Of a stretch of 64,000 nt of DNA, positions 15,363-29,600 are shown in pieces. Each line of letters opens with the position of its first letter. Positions within the stretch are counted from its first letter, which is position 1. The notes under the pieces were generated by a model. That model searched no databases. It saw nothing but the letters and a program-made list of their open reading frames with translations, and was not told the DNA's origin. Source of the DNA: Ascidiella aspersa (lineage: Eukaryota); NCBI GenBank assembly GCA_963924565.1, contig OZ004608.1, positions 10,044,001 through 10,108,000 on the forward strand, in the 5' to 3' direction. Position numbers and translations under genes: made by a program.

Positions 15363-16300
15363 ATCAAAGGAACCTGTTTTTTTTTCTCCACATCAACTGT
15401 GCAGAGCGCCGTAGTAATGAGAGAAGCTGCCTTAAAAAATTACCGACCCGTTCCCACCAATCTACTTCACGAAAATTTTTTTTTTTATTTTATTGAATTG
15501 GCGTCGGTCGCTTAAAATAACGACTGGAAACCTCTTTCTTTCTCACCAAGCTACATTCAAAAGAAATGTGGTGCCTCTTCTTTCGAAACAAACGAAATGA
15601 CGCTGTTGACAAGCAAATCGTAATCGCCTTAAAATAACGACTGAAGCTTACTTTTCTCGAAATTGTACGGAGTTGTATGCTACGTCATCCGTAACAGACC
15701 AAATCCGCAAAGTGTTCCGTGGTCATTTGATCAACGGCCGTTACATCGACCACGATTAGTATGTCCCTTTTATTTTTTATTTTTGAGAGACTTAAGGGAC
15801 CTCAGATTTCTAAATTGTATTTGAAAAGGTTTTTTGTTTACCTGCAGACCTAGTGCTCATGCTACACTTTCGTACAGTAATGCCCAGTTTTAGCAATATA
15901 TAAAATTTTTCAATGTCACTAGATGGAGTCAATATCCTGTTGAAATGTGCAATATTCAATTTAGGGCTTGATATGCCAATTTACCTCCAAGTAAATCAAA
16001 AGAAACTATAGATAATATACAATGATTAAAGTGGCATGTCGATTAGTTAACACAACGCGGTATGTCTGTTTTCAAGGTGATTTGCCAACAGTTTTCTGTC
16101 GAAATTGCGCCATACTACTCCCTAATCCTGCATCTTTACTCTGCTACGTGATTAAAGCGGTAAACCGTCTTTTTTAATTTCTGTATGGGTGCAGCGCCAT
16201 TTCTTGTCACAAACAACTTGTCTTTTTGGACTTTGTAATCTCCGTTCATCGTTATTTAGAGTTCCGGCTATTGGTTTTGGTTCAGATCCTAGGTCTAGGA

Positions 16301-16553
16301 CAGTGGTTCCGAACCCTGTATGGGCTGTTGCCTCCCTTTCATGGACTCCTAACAGCAGTCTAACACTTTGTGTCCTCCATATTCACGTTCCGCATAAATA
16401 TCTCACGGTGTAACATTGACGGTCTCCGAAGTCATAACTAAAACTACAAATTGAAGTGCATCTGGGTGGTAGTTATAGTATTATATGCTTGTGGCGCCTC
16501 AAAGACTGTTCTGTGTCCCCCAGAGGGGCGAGGAGCACCTTTAAGAAACCCTG
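16301..16553. mobile_element. Degenerate hAT-type MITE downstream of DDHD1
   Basis: Ends CAGTGGTTCCGAAC ... TTTAAGAAACCCTG resemble the other CAG(T/G)GGTT elements in the window. Confidence 0.45.
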
Positions 16554-19500
16554 GTTAACGGTGAACGTCGGCCGTATAGTTAAAGTAGTCTTCGATGAAG
16601 TATATCACACGACTTCCATTTTTAACTTGATATATGCGAAGCGCCTAGCTGCATGTTTATTCCTGTGATTGTCGTCGGTGCGATGTTACCTTTCTTTGTG
16701 TACTGTGAGCTTACACGTTCAAACATTTTCACCACGCATCTAATGACTTCAGTCGTCTGCAGTGCATTCCAAAAAAGCGCTTTTTGTCAGCATCCGTCGC
16801 CTTGTGTAGTTTTAGCATGGTATACGGGACAAACTTTTCTGATTTTAGTTAATTTAAAAACCTATCGGCAAATTTCGCAACCGAATGCAAAAGCTCAAAT
16901 TTCGCAACCGAAATGCAAAAGCTGTACCAAAATTGTTTTTTCAGTCGTTTTTTACAAATCTGTATAGATTTTAGTGTGTCCGTCTTGAGTTCTTTTGTTC
17001 AAAGCTGGCAACCATGTTGATCAACTGTGAGTAAATATTTTGCGCCTAGCAAAAAAGTATTAGTGACAAAGTTTTTATTTCCGTGAGTAATACAGATATT
17101 TACGTTGCTCTTTTACTGTGTTTAACGCACTGTTACTGATTTCTGTCGTAAAATAGTCCAATATATCGCAACCAAAAATATATTTGCGCACGTAAAATAT
17201 TCAAAATGTCCACAAGTGTGAAATTTCGTTGTGTTTTGTCAAATTATCGTACATATTGCGACTTTGCGATTTTTAGTTACCTTTCTTTTTGCGTGTTGTA
17301 CACAAAAAGCGGGAAAAAGATACCTGTGACAAAATGCATTGCTTAATCTTAAAGCCAAACTTCTTAAAGTGTTATTCCTGCTACTTTGCTATCTTGAGTA
17401 ACTCATCGTTTTGCGTCAATTCGCAGAACTCGTCGTTATCTGTTTACTGCTGCTTGAAAACGACAATAACTTAAACGGCCGGTCCCTCGAGTGTTTAACG
17501 TTAGAGCTAAAACGTCTTGTGTGGCCACTTCAAAGTAGCCGGAACCTTTTTTCCGCCTTATTTTCGTGCCATTCTCGCCTTTCGACTGTAAGAAAAATAA
17601 TGCCGACTACTTTCAAACCGGCCACGTTATTTGGCCACAGGGGTAAAAAGGGTGCCGGCCTATTTTTTTTCAAAGTGGCCTTGTAACCTGGCCAGGCGTG
17701 TTCGTCGTATTACCGCCTCCCAAGTGGCTAAGTTCTGCGAACTGATATGAGGGAGGTTCGCTTTTCTGCCGCAAAAAAAACTTAAACACACTTGTCGCAT
17801 ATTGAGTGGGCACAAGGCGTCCGCGGTTTCTCTTTTTCGCCTTCCCCGTTTGTTGCAAAAAAACGTACTTGCCTTTCTTACCTATATGTATGCTTTCATT
17901 CGTTTATATGAGAAAATACAGGAGTTGGTATTATATGCGTCGTATTTATTCATGTGCGGGGGTGGGAAATAAAGAACGTGTCTGATTTTAAAGGTAAAAT
18001 GTTAAAAACAATGAAGATGAGATAAACAACTTACAAAGATAAAACCTCCACCGGTATCTGTGTGTCCATCATTCTTTAAAGATCACTCGCCTAAAAGAAC
18101 AGAATTTGCTTTTATTTTCTCTATAGAATTAAACAAAACAATGCCTCAATTGCTGAACAAGTACACCGAAAAGTAAATGATACGGAAGCCGTATTTTTTG
18201 GTCAAAAAGCAGCTTCCGAAGGGCTAGATCACAGTTGTCATTAAACACGTATGTTTGTGTGTCTTTCATTCAGTTGTTGATAGGTGTTTCGAATATTTGT
18301 TACAGGGATAAGCGAAACACAGGGTCTCTTAAAAACAAAGCTATTTTACACAATAAAAAAGCACGATTGAGTTTTCATAAACGTAAGTAATGTTGTCCTG
18401 CCATCAAACCATCCTTGTTTCATCGTTGTGAAACTTCGCTTGAATTTAGATTGATTTGCTGGCGTTAAGTTCGTAAAACTATTGCTACATGTGAGGGCAG
18501 AGCTAGGTCAAGTTTCAACAGCACACAAAACGTTTTTTCGGGGGAAATTTTGGACGTAGCCAGTTCACGATAGGCTTACAACGTTTGAAAGCTGGCTCTG
18601 TTCTTGACAATTCTGACTCCTGTTTTGCTAAATGTTAGTTTCCTTCCTTTATAAATATGACGCAAGTGGAGCATGTGCGACGGTGATTTTGTGTAATTGC
18701 TAATATCGGAGTTGAAACATTTAACCACATCCCGGCTTTCAATCACCTAAAAAATTACTTCGTTTTCATTTCACTTCGACCACAATACGCGTTCCAAGTC
18801 CTGGACGACCGGCGTCTCGTCAAAATAAACACATCGCATTAGTGGCTGACGAATTGCCGACAGCATTAAATTTCTGAAGCAATCGCTCCTTGGCAAGAAT
18901 CGTAATGCGGTGTTTTCGCTTTTAACGCTGATGGCCTCCGGGTCAGAAACTTACCGGCGCTCGGAGCGGTCGCTCTGGTCCGCTAATCACCGGCCTCTGT
19001 TGTATTAACACCGACGCGCCAAGTGCCTCTCGGCTGTTTATGGCGTTTGATTTTAACCGGTCGGCGCGAAAAGTTCTCTGGTATTGCATGCAGTCGGTCG
19101 GCTTCTTAACGAATCCCGCATTCTGTCGCAGTGAGAGTTGCTTGCAAACTAAATGCAGAGAAACTTGTAAGCTGTGCATGCTAACTTAAAGCTATAGGCC
19201 TATGTTTCTCATATTCTTATTGCAAACGTCGAAAGCATAACTCGTGCGTTAAATAAAACGACTTTAAACTGTTTGCAGTGAGAATGACCGATATTATCGG
19301 ATCGGAGGCAACATGGGATGCCAAGAGGCAGTATGAGTATTCGTGCGACTTTAAGGTGGTATTGGAATGACGAAAGATTAATTTGTGCATTTATGTTTTA
19401 GACACAACGCGAAAATAAAGAATGCATAGGCAGCGATTGCAAATCAGCTTTTCAACCTTAATTGAAGCAAATATTTTCTTCACAACCTAAAAACATACAA

Positions 19501-20454
19501 TTGCGCCTATTAATTCCACCAATTTAGTTATTTTTTTATAACGCCTTTGGTATTGGATCAGACTGTTGTGCTTTTTGATAAAGTAATCGACCAACGGCGG
19601 GTATTAAATAAAAACGCAAAGTATAATTTATTTCTATTTCCGTGGCAGCAAAGCTGAAGCTAAGCGTAAGATAATGCTTAAGGAATTGCAATTGGCCAAC
19701 AGCCTGTAGATCCTTCGGTAATATAGGCTATAGCCAAGGTTGCTGCACGTAGGCAGGTGTTTTGCAGTGACCGAAACAATCAAAAATTCGGAATTCCCAG
19801 CGGTGATTAACACGCAGCTGAATTTGCTCACTCGAGACTTCTGTTTCTGGCTCCTGCCTCGCGAAATCTGCCGATTTCAACAGGTCGAAAGCGTAGAGCT
19901 CTATATTGCCCCAAGCTACTTGAGTTCTTCCTCCTGGCCAGTGAAGAACCATTGTTTACGCCTTGAGAAAGTCGCGCATATAAAGCACGGCACGTTCGCA
20001 TTTAAGCTTGTAGGTCTCGACGTGTCGGGTCAGCATTGAGAGGTCATCAGGCCTTTTTGTAATGGCGCAGTGTCAGACGGTCCAGGTCAAATCAGTTGTC
20101 TCCCTATGCTTTGCTGTGCGCTGCAAACGCTGTTCTCGGCTAGCTTAAGTTTCAATTGTTACTGGCGCATTATATGAATGCAATACATTTGTTTTGAAGT
20201 GCAGTTTTTTGCGTGTAACATGAAATTATTTTATAATTTAAAGAACGAATGTTACCGTGGTTCAAGTTTTGAATTTCCCAAGTTAAATAGAAAAAAAGAA
20301 AACAAATTTAGGTGTGTTTCTTCCCTAATATTAAATTCTATGCCAGTCGTATTTTAAGCAATTGCTGCTAGTGCTAAGGTTTATTACTTTAATTTGTTAA
20401 TATAAAACACGCCTTCACTAAGGAAAACAACATTTGGTTAAAAATAGACAAACA

Positions 20455-20465
20455 GGGAATTTCCC
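20455..20465. promoter_or_regulatory. Candidate NF-kappaB/Rel site GGGAATTTCCC about 150 bp upstream of the TEP start codon
   Basis: Fits the GGGRNYYYCC-type kappaB consensus and is near-palindromic; lies upstream of an innate-immunity gene. Confidence 0.45.
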
Positions 20466-20613
20466 GTTTACAGTAGGCTAGTTGATTAAAAAGCAGTTTG
20501 CCAAGCAAAGTTTCAGTTCTGTCAGCTTCATTCTTCTCTCGGCCGCAACAGGGTGTTTTAATGTTGTTGGTTTAATTTATGTTAATTTGTTTTTCAGCGA
20601 TAAACGATTAAAA

Positions 20614-23600
20614 ATGATTTTACGTTTGTTTCAACTTCTGTTCGCCTGTGCATTCTTGGGAAATGCATTTGCAGAAAAGTAAGTGTAATATTTTGTTAAA
20701 TTTTTGGCGCTATTTCACTATTGTACGTGAAAAGTTATGCAAAAAAAAAATAATAATAATAATACCGCTTACCACAACGCATATTGTTTGGGTTAGGGTG
20801 CGGGTTAGCGTTTGGGTAAAGGTGGGTCAAGTAATATTATGTTTATTATTCATAATAACTTGACCCACCCTCAACCAAACGCTAACCCGCACCCTAACCC
20901 AAACAATATGCGTTGTGGTATGCGGCATTTGAAGAAAATGTTTTTTTTATTAATTTTTACGTACAATAGTGAAAAAACGCCAAATTTTTATTTGCGTTCT
21001 GTTTGTTGTAACCATCCAATACATTAAACAAACGAAAGTAAAAGCGGTTTAGGTTTAGTGATACCATATCGTATCTAGTACAATTCCAGTAGTTGCACTC
21101 AAACAAAATTTATGGACTTTTAAAACATTACAATTAAAACGTGCATCTATACGAAAATAGCTTCGGTGTATAAGCTTGAATGTTTCATCTTTCAAGGTGT
21201 AATCTGTATTGTTGTTCTGGTTTAAAAACGGGGTGCTTGTTTAGATTTCTACAACAGTTTGTTTACAGTAATGAAATGAGTTGTCAAAATTTAATTTGCA
21301 CGGAACAAATAAATATGGGAATAAAATAACAAAGAAGAAATAAATATAATAATAATACATGACCTACCAAAACCCAAACTTGCACTCCAACCAAAATAAT
21401 GCAATATAATCCCCAGACGAAAATGTGGTTGGATTCTAGACCAGGGCCCAAATTTGTTGAATGTACAATATAATCAAAATGTATTTTTTTTCAGCAATTT
21501 ATTGCTGTATTTTACTGGTTTTCTGCTTTGTGTTATGTTTCTGTCACTGTATTTGCAGTGCACTGAGCAACAGAACCCAAACAAATAAAAAAAATATTTA
21601 TTCGATTGTGTTTTATTTGTTTTACAGTTTATACACAGTCTACATACCGAAAATCATCCGGCCTGGATTCAATGTTTCTTTTACCGCCACCATTCTTTCT
21701 GGAAACAATGTAAATATTACAGCACGATTGGTATCTGGAGATGGTGCTGCAGATTTGCAGAGCGTTACAACTGTCAACACTGGTAAATTGTTTTTGTTAT
21801 TTATTAAGAAGCCAGTTGGTTAATTAAGATGCATGACGTTTTTGACATTTTAATTGATGTGTTGCAATTATAAAACAATCTTGTGCTTTTTACAGGTTCA
21901 AGTGAACGAATTACTCTTGGACAGGTAATTTAAAACTTGATTAACTTTCAGATTGAATTTCTAAAGTAAATTAAGTTTTATGTTAGAGAATAAAGCAATA
22001 TTAAATAAAACTGCAAAGCTTGTAAATCTAGTTTGACATTAACAGTTGGCGTTTTGTGTTAAATTTTCTGTGGATCCACATTGCTATTTTGACTGGATCC
22101 AGTTTGCTTTATTATTAAGTAATACTTTAGTTGATTAGCAGAGATGTAGTTAAAGCTATTCAAAGATTACATTTAAATTTGTTTTTTCTTGATGGTATCC
22201 ACATTACTGCTTTTCTTGCTTTTTTAGATACCACGCTCATACAGTGGCAGCCACAAGTTTAACTTTACCATTACTGGTGTGGATGAAGTTACTGGGGAAA
22301 CATTGTTCACAAACTCAACCAATGATTTTACTTTTGCCTCAAAGGCACTTACCATCCTTATTCAGACCGATAAAGCCCTTTATCAGCCTGGACAATCCAG
22401 TATGTCTGTGTTCTTGTATCCATACATGACAAATACATGATTCAGTTTTTGTTTAAATTCCTTTATTTTTTCTTTACCACCATACTATTTAAAACTTACA
22501 TTTTTAGTTAAATTCCGTGCCGTGGTCTTAAAGCCTGACCTTAAGCCACTCCAGGGCAATGTCCGGTATGAAGTGACTGACCCAAATAACAACATTGTTA
22601 TGGCCCAAGACGCTGTCTTGTCACACGGAGTTGCCAACGATGAATTTCAATTAAACAAGGACTCTGTTAAAGGAAACTGGGAAATTTCATTTGAAGCTCT
22701 TGTGAGTTTTCCAACATCCAAACATTAAAAAAACCTCTTATAGAATGTATATTGAAGTGTAGTGCTTTACTGTTCCATTTACTAAGGTTTAATAAACTCT
22801 GAACAAATTAGGAGCGTTTTCATGGATTTTTTCAATATACTTTCCAGGGTTACAAAGAAAAGATGACAGTTGAGGTCAAACGCTACAAGCTTCCTAAATT
22901 TAAGGTTGAAGTGCAAGTTCCAACATTTATTTATCCCGAATCGCCTGGTATAACAATCAAACTTAAGGCAACGTGAGTTTTCTGTTTTCTTGTTCTTTTT
23001 TAAGGTTACTCCGCCGCTGTTGGCTCAGATCAATTAAGCTGGAAACTCAGTTAAAAACTATATGGCCTTAAAACTTCATTCGGTTTGAAATAAGAATGTT
23101 TATATAAGAGCCAAAGGTTAATGTTATTGTTAAACACAGCTAATCAATCCATTAGCTGCATGTTTTTATTTGAATTTTTACCTAATAAAAGCTTTTTACA
23201 GCTACACTTATGGAAAACCAGTTAAAGGAAAGGCATCCATTGAGACTCAACTTCAAAATACATGGGGAGGTCCCATCTTCTACTACCGGCCTTCTATTTT
23301 TGGACCCAATGCTCCCAAACAAGGTGTTATCACTAATACCTACAAGGTAATTATAAACCAATAAACCATATCATTTTCTTTCATTTGTATCGAATGAAGG
23401 ACATTGTTTATTAGCACTTTAATTGGGAACATTATTTACCACTTACCTTAAAATCTAAAAGTAGTACTTTATTCCAGGTGTTCAACGGTGTTGAAACCGT
23501 ATTTATTCCAATGGCTAACATAAGAACTTTGTTGGGTTGGGATGGCAACAGCAAAAAAAAGATTACCGTCACCGGAAGCGTCACCGATGGCCAAACTGAC

Positions 23601-26600
23601 ATAACCATTAATGAAACTGTTGAGATCAAAGTGGAAACGACCAACATCAAAGTCGAGGAGCTGTATAAGCCTAAAACCATTAAGCCTGGACTATCCTACA
23701 CAGCCTATGTAAGTGTCATTGCCTTATTCTTGGAGTTAAAAAGTTAGCCGCTTGATTTTATTGCTCAATAAAAATTGTTATTTTGTGTTTCAGATAAAAG
23801 TTGTAGAGCAAGATGGAAAACCACTTATGGAAGCCGACCGACTCAGTCACCATCTGGTTGTTGATCTTACATACAAGTAAGTCCTGACAATTAAAATTGC
23901 TTGATGTTAGACATAAGTTACTCAGAGGTCAGCATGCTACAGCCCAAGGGCATAATTTGCCCGAAAATTGAGATTATCCTGTTTTGTGTAACATTTTGCA
24001 CTGGGCCATGAAAGCGCGATATATTTTTGCCTATTTAAAGCAAAGGCAAAAAATAAATTTTTTCACCTACATAAAAATCCTTTACTTTTAAATTAGATTT
24101 ACCGAACTTTTCTATTCCTGTTGTGGAAACCCAAAAAAACGTCAACCACTAACTATTGTTTGTTTATAGTTATCCACGAGGCCATCGTTTTCCTGAAGAC
24201 CCTGGCACCCCTAGTCCCTGGTACCGACCATCTCGAACCGAGAAAAAAACATTCCCAATCCCCCCAGATGGCACGGTGGTTGTTAAGATTGAAGCTAAAC
24301 CTGATAACTTTACCAGCGTCAATTTCCAGGTAGGTTGCTGAATTGTTGATGTTTGAAAAGAGCATTGTTTTTTTAGACTTTAGGAAAGATATTTGTGATG
24401 CTTTGTGTTCTAAAATCCTTATTTTATCCTGGTTTAACAAGCTGCAGCTAATCTACAGTAGGCGAACTGATTTCCGTGAACCTTTCCAAAGAAACCTGTT
24501 GTTTTATTGTAACGTTATTTTAGCATTTCTAGTGTTTCATCGAAACTAAACATATGAACTATTTTATTTCCTGTTGCATTGTCAAAACCCCTGATAACAA
24601 TTAATCAATTTACAAGTGATTTTTTTTTTGTTTTCAGGCATACGTAAATGGTTCTGACAGTTGGCGAGGCATCAGTTTCAAGGTGGACAAAGCCCAGTCA
24701 CCTTCGAATTCCTACCTTCAACTGACCACAGACGACAGCAACGTGGCGCCTGGCGGCAAGGCCAGTATTACTATCAGGACAACAGAAGCTGTATCGAGCT
24801 TCAGAATTATTGTAAGTAATTGCTGGACAAAATTGGAAATGTAAATATCGGATGTTCCTGTAGGGATAAAAGTTTTGCCTAATGCCTAGTGCTCGGCTTC
24901 TATAGCATTTACAACTTGTTTGCTGATTTATTTGCTTCAATTTATTTTTATTGGGTTGAGTCTAATTTAACACGCTAAAGCCTTCACTACGGCATTAGTA
25001 AATGTAAGATTAGAATTAAAATTAGAGCATTGGGTTTTTCAAATTAAGATTAGAATTAGTTTAAATCATTTTAGTTTTTGTCAAATAAAATTAGAATTAG
25101 AATTGAGTTTTAACTGAAATTTCAACTAAAATTACATTAAATTTTTAATGCGTTTTAGCATAGCCTATGCTTTTTAGAATGTAAAAATCACCAACAAGTA
25201 GTTCCGACCACCCAAATCGTGTTTTTTTGCCTTCGCTAGATTCTCGCTCGCGGTCAAATCATGAGCGACCTGGGCTACATGGCTGCGGCGCCGATGCACG
25301 TTCACAACTACAGTTTTCCCATCACCGCTGATATGATTCCAGCTGTACAGGTGCTGGTTTCTTACGTGCGCGGCGACGGCGAAATCGTTGCCGATTTCCT
25401 CAAGCTTACAGTCAGCACCGTGCTCCGCAACAAGGTGGGTGGATTGCACATTGTTGTAGTTGTTCTTGGCGCATTGTGACGTGACAAACGGCTTGTTTCG
25501 TAAAATGCGTTAGAGCCCGTTTGAGTTAAACGAACACCCGTTGAAGGGCATACGATGCAACTTTTAAAGCGTGTTCTATTCTAGTCTGTTGTCTGTCAAA
25601 TTGTCTTGTTGTGAAGTAGTAAGCAAAACTGCGTCGATAGTAGCATAAGGAATTTGTCGCAATTATACAGAAAAAGAACACTAAATCGGTGGCATTGATC
25701 TGTTGACAACCCTAAATTAAATTAAATTAAAGTGAACTGAACCCGGTTAAGTTTTCCCGTTTTTTTTTGCCGTTTTGGTAAATAGAAAACAAAATTTCGC
25801 TTAACAATTTGTTAAACGCTGAAAAATTTGCCCGCCGTGTTTTGCCTTTTCCCGAGTCCAGAAACGCGTTGTTTTCACTGCTTGATAGAAGGCTGCAAAA
25901 CGCAAAGCGTAGAAACCCGAAAAGTTCAAGTAAAGTTGAAGTGTTTCCGTATCGGGCGCCCACGCAAACAAAAAAACCCGAATCCTTCTCTCAACTTCGC
26001 TTTCTCCCTCTCACTTTAGGTTAGCGTGTCCAGCTCGGCCACGAACGTCGACGCAGGTGATGACGTCAACATCCGAGTGCAGACGTCATCGGCAGGAGCG
26101 TACGTGGGCATGCGCGCGATCGACCAGAGCGTTCTGCTGCTCAAGTCCGGAAACGATATTTCGCAGGAGAGGGTGAGTCGACTTGCTAGTTAGGGGTGCT
26201 GTGCCTTGCGCTAGCTGTACCTTGAAAAACCTCTAGTTTTGTGGTTTTCGAACTGTTTTGTCATAGAACCATTTTGAAAATTATCGAGCCTAAGGACCCC
26301 TGATTTTTTAGGATTTACCCTGACTAACAATTATGCAACACTAGGACTAAGTTTTCATGTAAATAGTATCAAACTATCTTTGCAATATTTTAGTCAAAAT
26401 TGAAATGATTTTGCTTAAAAATCTGATTTTTTCTTGTTTAATGATTGTTGGCACCTACATTATTATCCAATAGGGCTCGGCCAGGTGACAAGGGTTCGAA
26501 AACCACTGTCCTATAGCGGTTGCAAAGTCTAGCGCAATTGCAACGCTCGGGGCTATTGTATCAATTTAATCTTTATTGGTATACTTGTTTATCGCCCCGT

Positions 26601-29600
26601 GCCGTGCGCATACTCGAGTTGCTGTTGTTCGTAAGTTATTGTAAAACCAACGAGCAATACCCGACGGGCAGTTTTACCTTGTTAATTGTTTTAAAAACCC
26701 TTTTTGTATTGAACTCTCGAATTTAATGCATTTTGTCTTTACATAGTTCCACCTGGTCCCTCTATTTAGCATTAGACAAATACGGCCATTCGCAAAGATT
26801 GTTTTGTGAAAACTATACTGTTTAGGGGTTTGGCTTGTATTTGTTGCTTGAGCTATGACGTTAGGAACATGAAAAAGTGTTTTTCTACTCGGGTATACCC
26901 CAGTTTAAAATCCTCTTACGTCGTTATTTTAAAGCGGTCATAAGGTTACACCTTTAACAAAGGACAGCGCGAATACGAGCTTTCACTTCCTCGTCTTAAA
27001 AACCCATGCACTGCTAAGGTTATGACCCCCATTTAGCTGCTTATCTGTTCTCTCGGCCAGATTACCTCATGAATTTATGACGTAAATCCGACAAGACATT
27101 TTTGAGTCGCAACAAAACGTATCTTATGTCTACTTTCCTGAGGTGAAATTGAAGAATGGCTACAATAAGGTTAACCCATGCAAATTTATGAAAAATAAAT
27201 TTGGTGTGTTTGTATATGTATCTTTTAAAACTATAAAAGGGTAGTTCTTTACGTGTGAAATACCTATTGTAATGAAATTGTCCATTTTTTTACCAGTTTG
27301 CATGGCGCTATAAAAGAAACCCATGCCCAGTGGTTGTAAAATTATACAAAAAAATTAATCCATACCGTTTTTAGCTTATAACATGGCCTCGCTCAAACGG
27401 CAACGCAAAACGCTGTTATATGCGCAAAAAATGCAAAAACGCTGCCGTTAAACGCTCGCCATTCAACAACACCACCGCTTTGTAGATCGTCAACGACTTG
27501 AACGGATACTCGAACGCCGACGGCTACTCGTCCAGCGATATCTTCTGGCGCTGGTGGTGGTGGTATCCTATTCCGTCCGGCGGTAAAGACGCCTCCGACG
27601 TTTTCTCGGTGAGTGTTGCGCCGTTTCCATTATTGGGTCGTGTTGTGCAGACCTTTTGTTTTAATTTTCGCCTACTGGAGTATCTGCCAAAGGTTACGGG
27701 TCTTTTATTTTGAAAATACGTTCCTTAAAAAATGTCACATTGTGGCAGATAAACACTGCACACACCACTTGTATTGTACCTCCACACTAAACGTTTTTGT
27801 CCAGCGGTCTCGACATTTTAAAATTCATAGTAGTTTATGCATGCTAGCACAACTCGCTTAACATGCGATTTAAAAGAGGGCGATGCGATCTTAGGATCTT
27901 CTTGGCTTGCCCTTAATTATTGCCTTTTTCTTTAAAAGCTGTAGGGTAATTGACAAAAGTTTTTTGTTTAACTAAAAATACATTGGTAATTTGAGTTTCC
28001 AGAACTATTGGAAGTAATAAATATAAGCAACAGTCCTTTGAGAGAAGTTACCTAGTTCTGACGTTAAACGTATCATTAAAATACAATTACCGTGCTGTTT
28101 GATAAAATAGATTGTGCATAACATAACATTTCCACGAATTGTAGCAAACGTGTTCACGTTTTTCAAACATATGTAATGTGTTTACAGAATAGAGCATACA
28201 AATGCGTTATGTAATCAAACAGTTCTAACTCTGTGTGTGTCTGATAAGCTCGGGGTTAGAACCAAGCAAACAGCAAGTGGTTAGATATGCACTGCCACAC
28301 CTGTGAGGCGTGTCGCAGCTCTATCTTTACAGTAATCGCACGATTATGAGTAAAACGTGCTCATGCCGAGATACAGTCAAGACACCCGCAAGCAATATAC
28401 GTGCTTTTAAATCGCTATTTACCAGCAATCCAGCATGTCTATTTCCTTGAGCTGTCGAGCTAACTCTCTCGCAAAATATCGTTCAAGATTTTTCACCGCG
28501 TCAGCGTATATTACGTTTATTAGATTGTACATCCATACTTCCAGTTATTAAAAAAATTGACCTTTGATTTTCTTTGAATTTTCACAGAAAGCCGGAGTCC
28601 TCGTTTTAACCGACGCCTTGCTGTTTAAGAGCGAACCAGAGTGTAAGTAACCTTTGGGTGTTTTTTTTTTAGTTGCTTTATCTTTAGACCGCATTGCTGT
28701 ACAGATGACCGTTAAAACCGGGCAATTTATAGGTTTTTGTCCGCTATGTTGTTACATATTTAAACAGGGGTTGCATATTTGTTTGCTGTTAAATGTAATT
28801 CTGGCGCGCTGTAAGTTTGCTGTCAAGTTTTGAACACCACGTTGCAAACAACAAATGAATTTTATATATTACTTTTGTTGACGAGAAAAAAAACCTTAAC
28901 CGCCGAGCCGTCAACCTTACAGATCTCGGGCCAGTGTTTTTTCAATTGGAGTCTAACGCCCTTGGCGGCGGCGAACAACCGTTCCTTTCTAGGCTAGCGG
29001 TCGCTGGCCCTCCGGCTGGGGCGTCTGGTGCCAGCCCGCCGGCCCCCCAACCCAGGACCCTTTTCCCCGAGACCTGGCTCTGGGACAGCGACATCACTGG
29101 GTAAATTGGCGGCGGTTGTTTCCCGTGGTGGCACGATCGTTTATGTACCGGGGTCAGTGCGGGTCACTGCCGTTTGTGGTGACTACGCGGTAAATCGATC
29201 TTTTATGAATGCAAGGTTGGCATGACGTGTGTGTATATATTTGTGTGCGAGTTGGACCCGGTGGTATCTTGGGTAAGACAAATGGAAAAAGACGACAGAT
29301 TGGGGCCAAAACCCCGCTCGTTCACGTTCCCGATCGCCAGCTGTGTGAACTGCCTTGCAGATTTCGGATACCCGTATTACCAGAATCGCCTCCTCGGTGG
29401 TGTCCCAGTCGCCTTCGCTATCAACCCTGGCAGGAGCATCGGGCCTCAGCCCGCGGCGCTTTCCCGTAAACAAGCCAGTCCAAGTGCGCCCAAGCCGCGT
29501 ACCCTCTTCCCTGAAACGTGGCTCTGGGCCGACCGAATCACGGGGTAACTAAATTGTCCGTCCACTACGAGACGGTGTTCGCTTCCTCATTGGGTTGCGC

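Noticed and set aside
19278-19356. Exon-like segment with ATG (MTDIIGSEATWDAKRQYEYSCDFK) upstream of the TEP
   Set aside because: Splicing it to 20598 gives an immediate stop, the donor is weak, and no homology was recognised.
28777-28824. Possible Dscam-style docking site (GTTTGCTGT twice) pairing with GGCAAA-containing stretches upstream of cassettes 5 (30541) and 6 (31288)
   Set aside because: Only about 11-bp pairings that rely on G-U wobble, and not found convincingly before every cassette. Needs RNA co-folding and cross-species covariation, which I cannot run.
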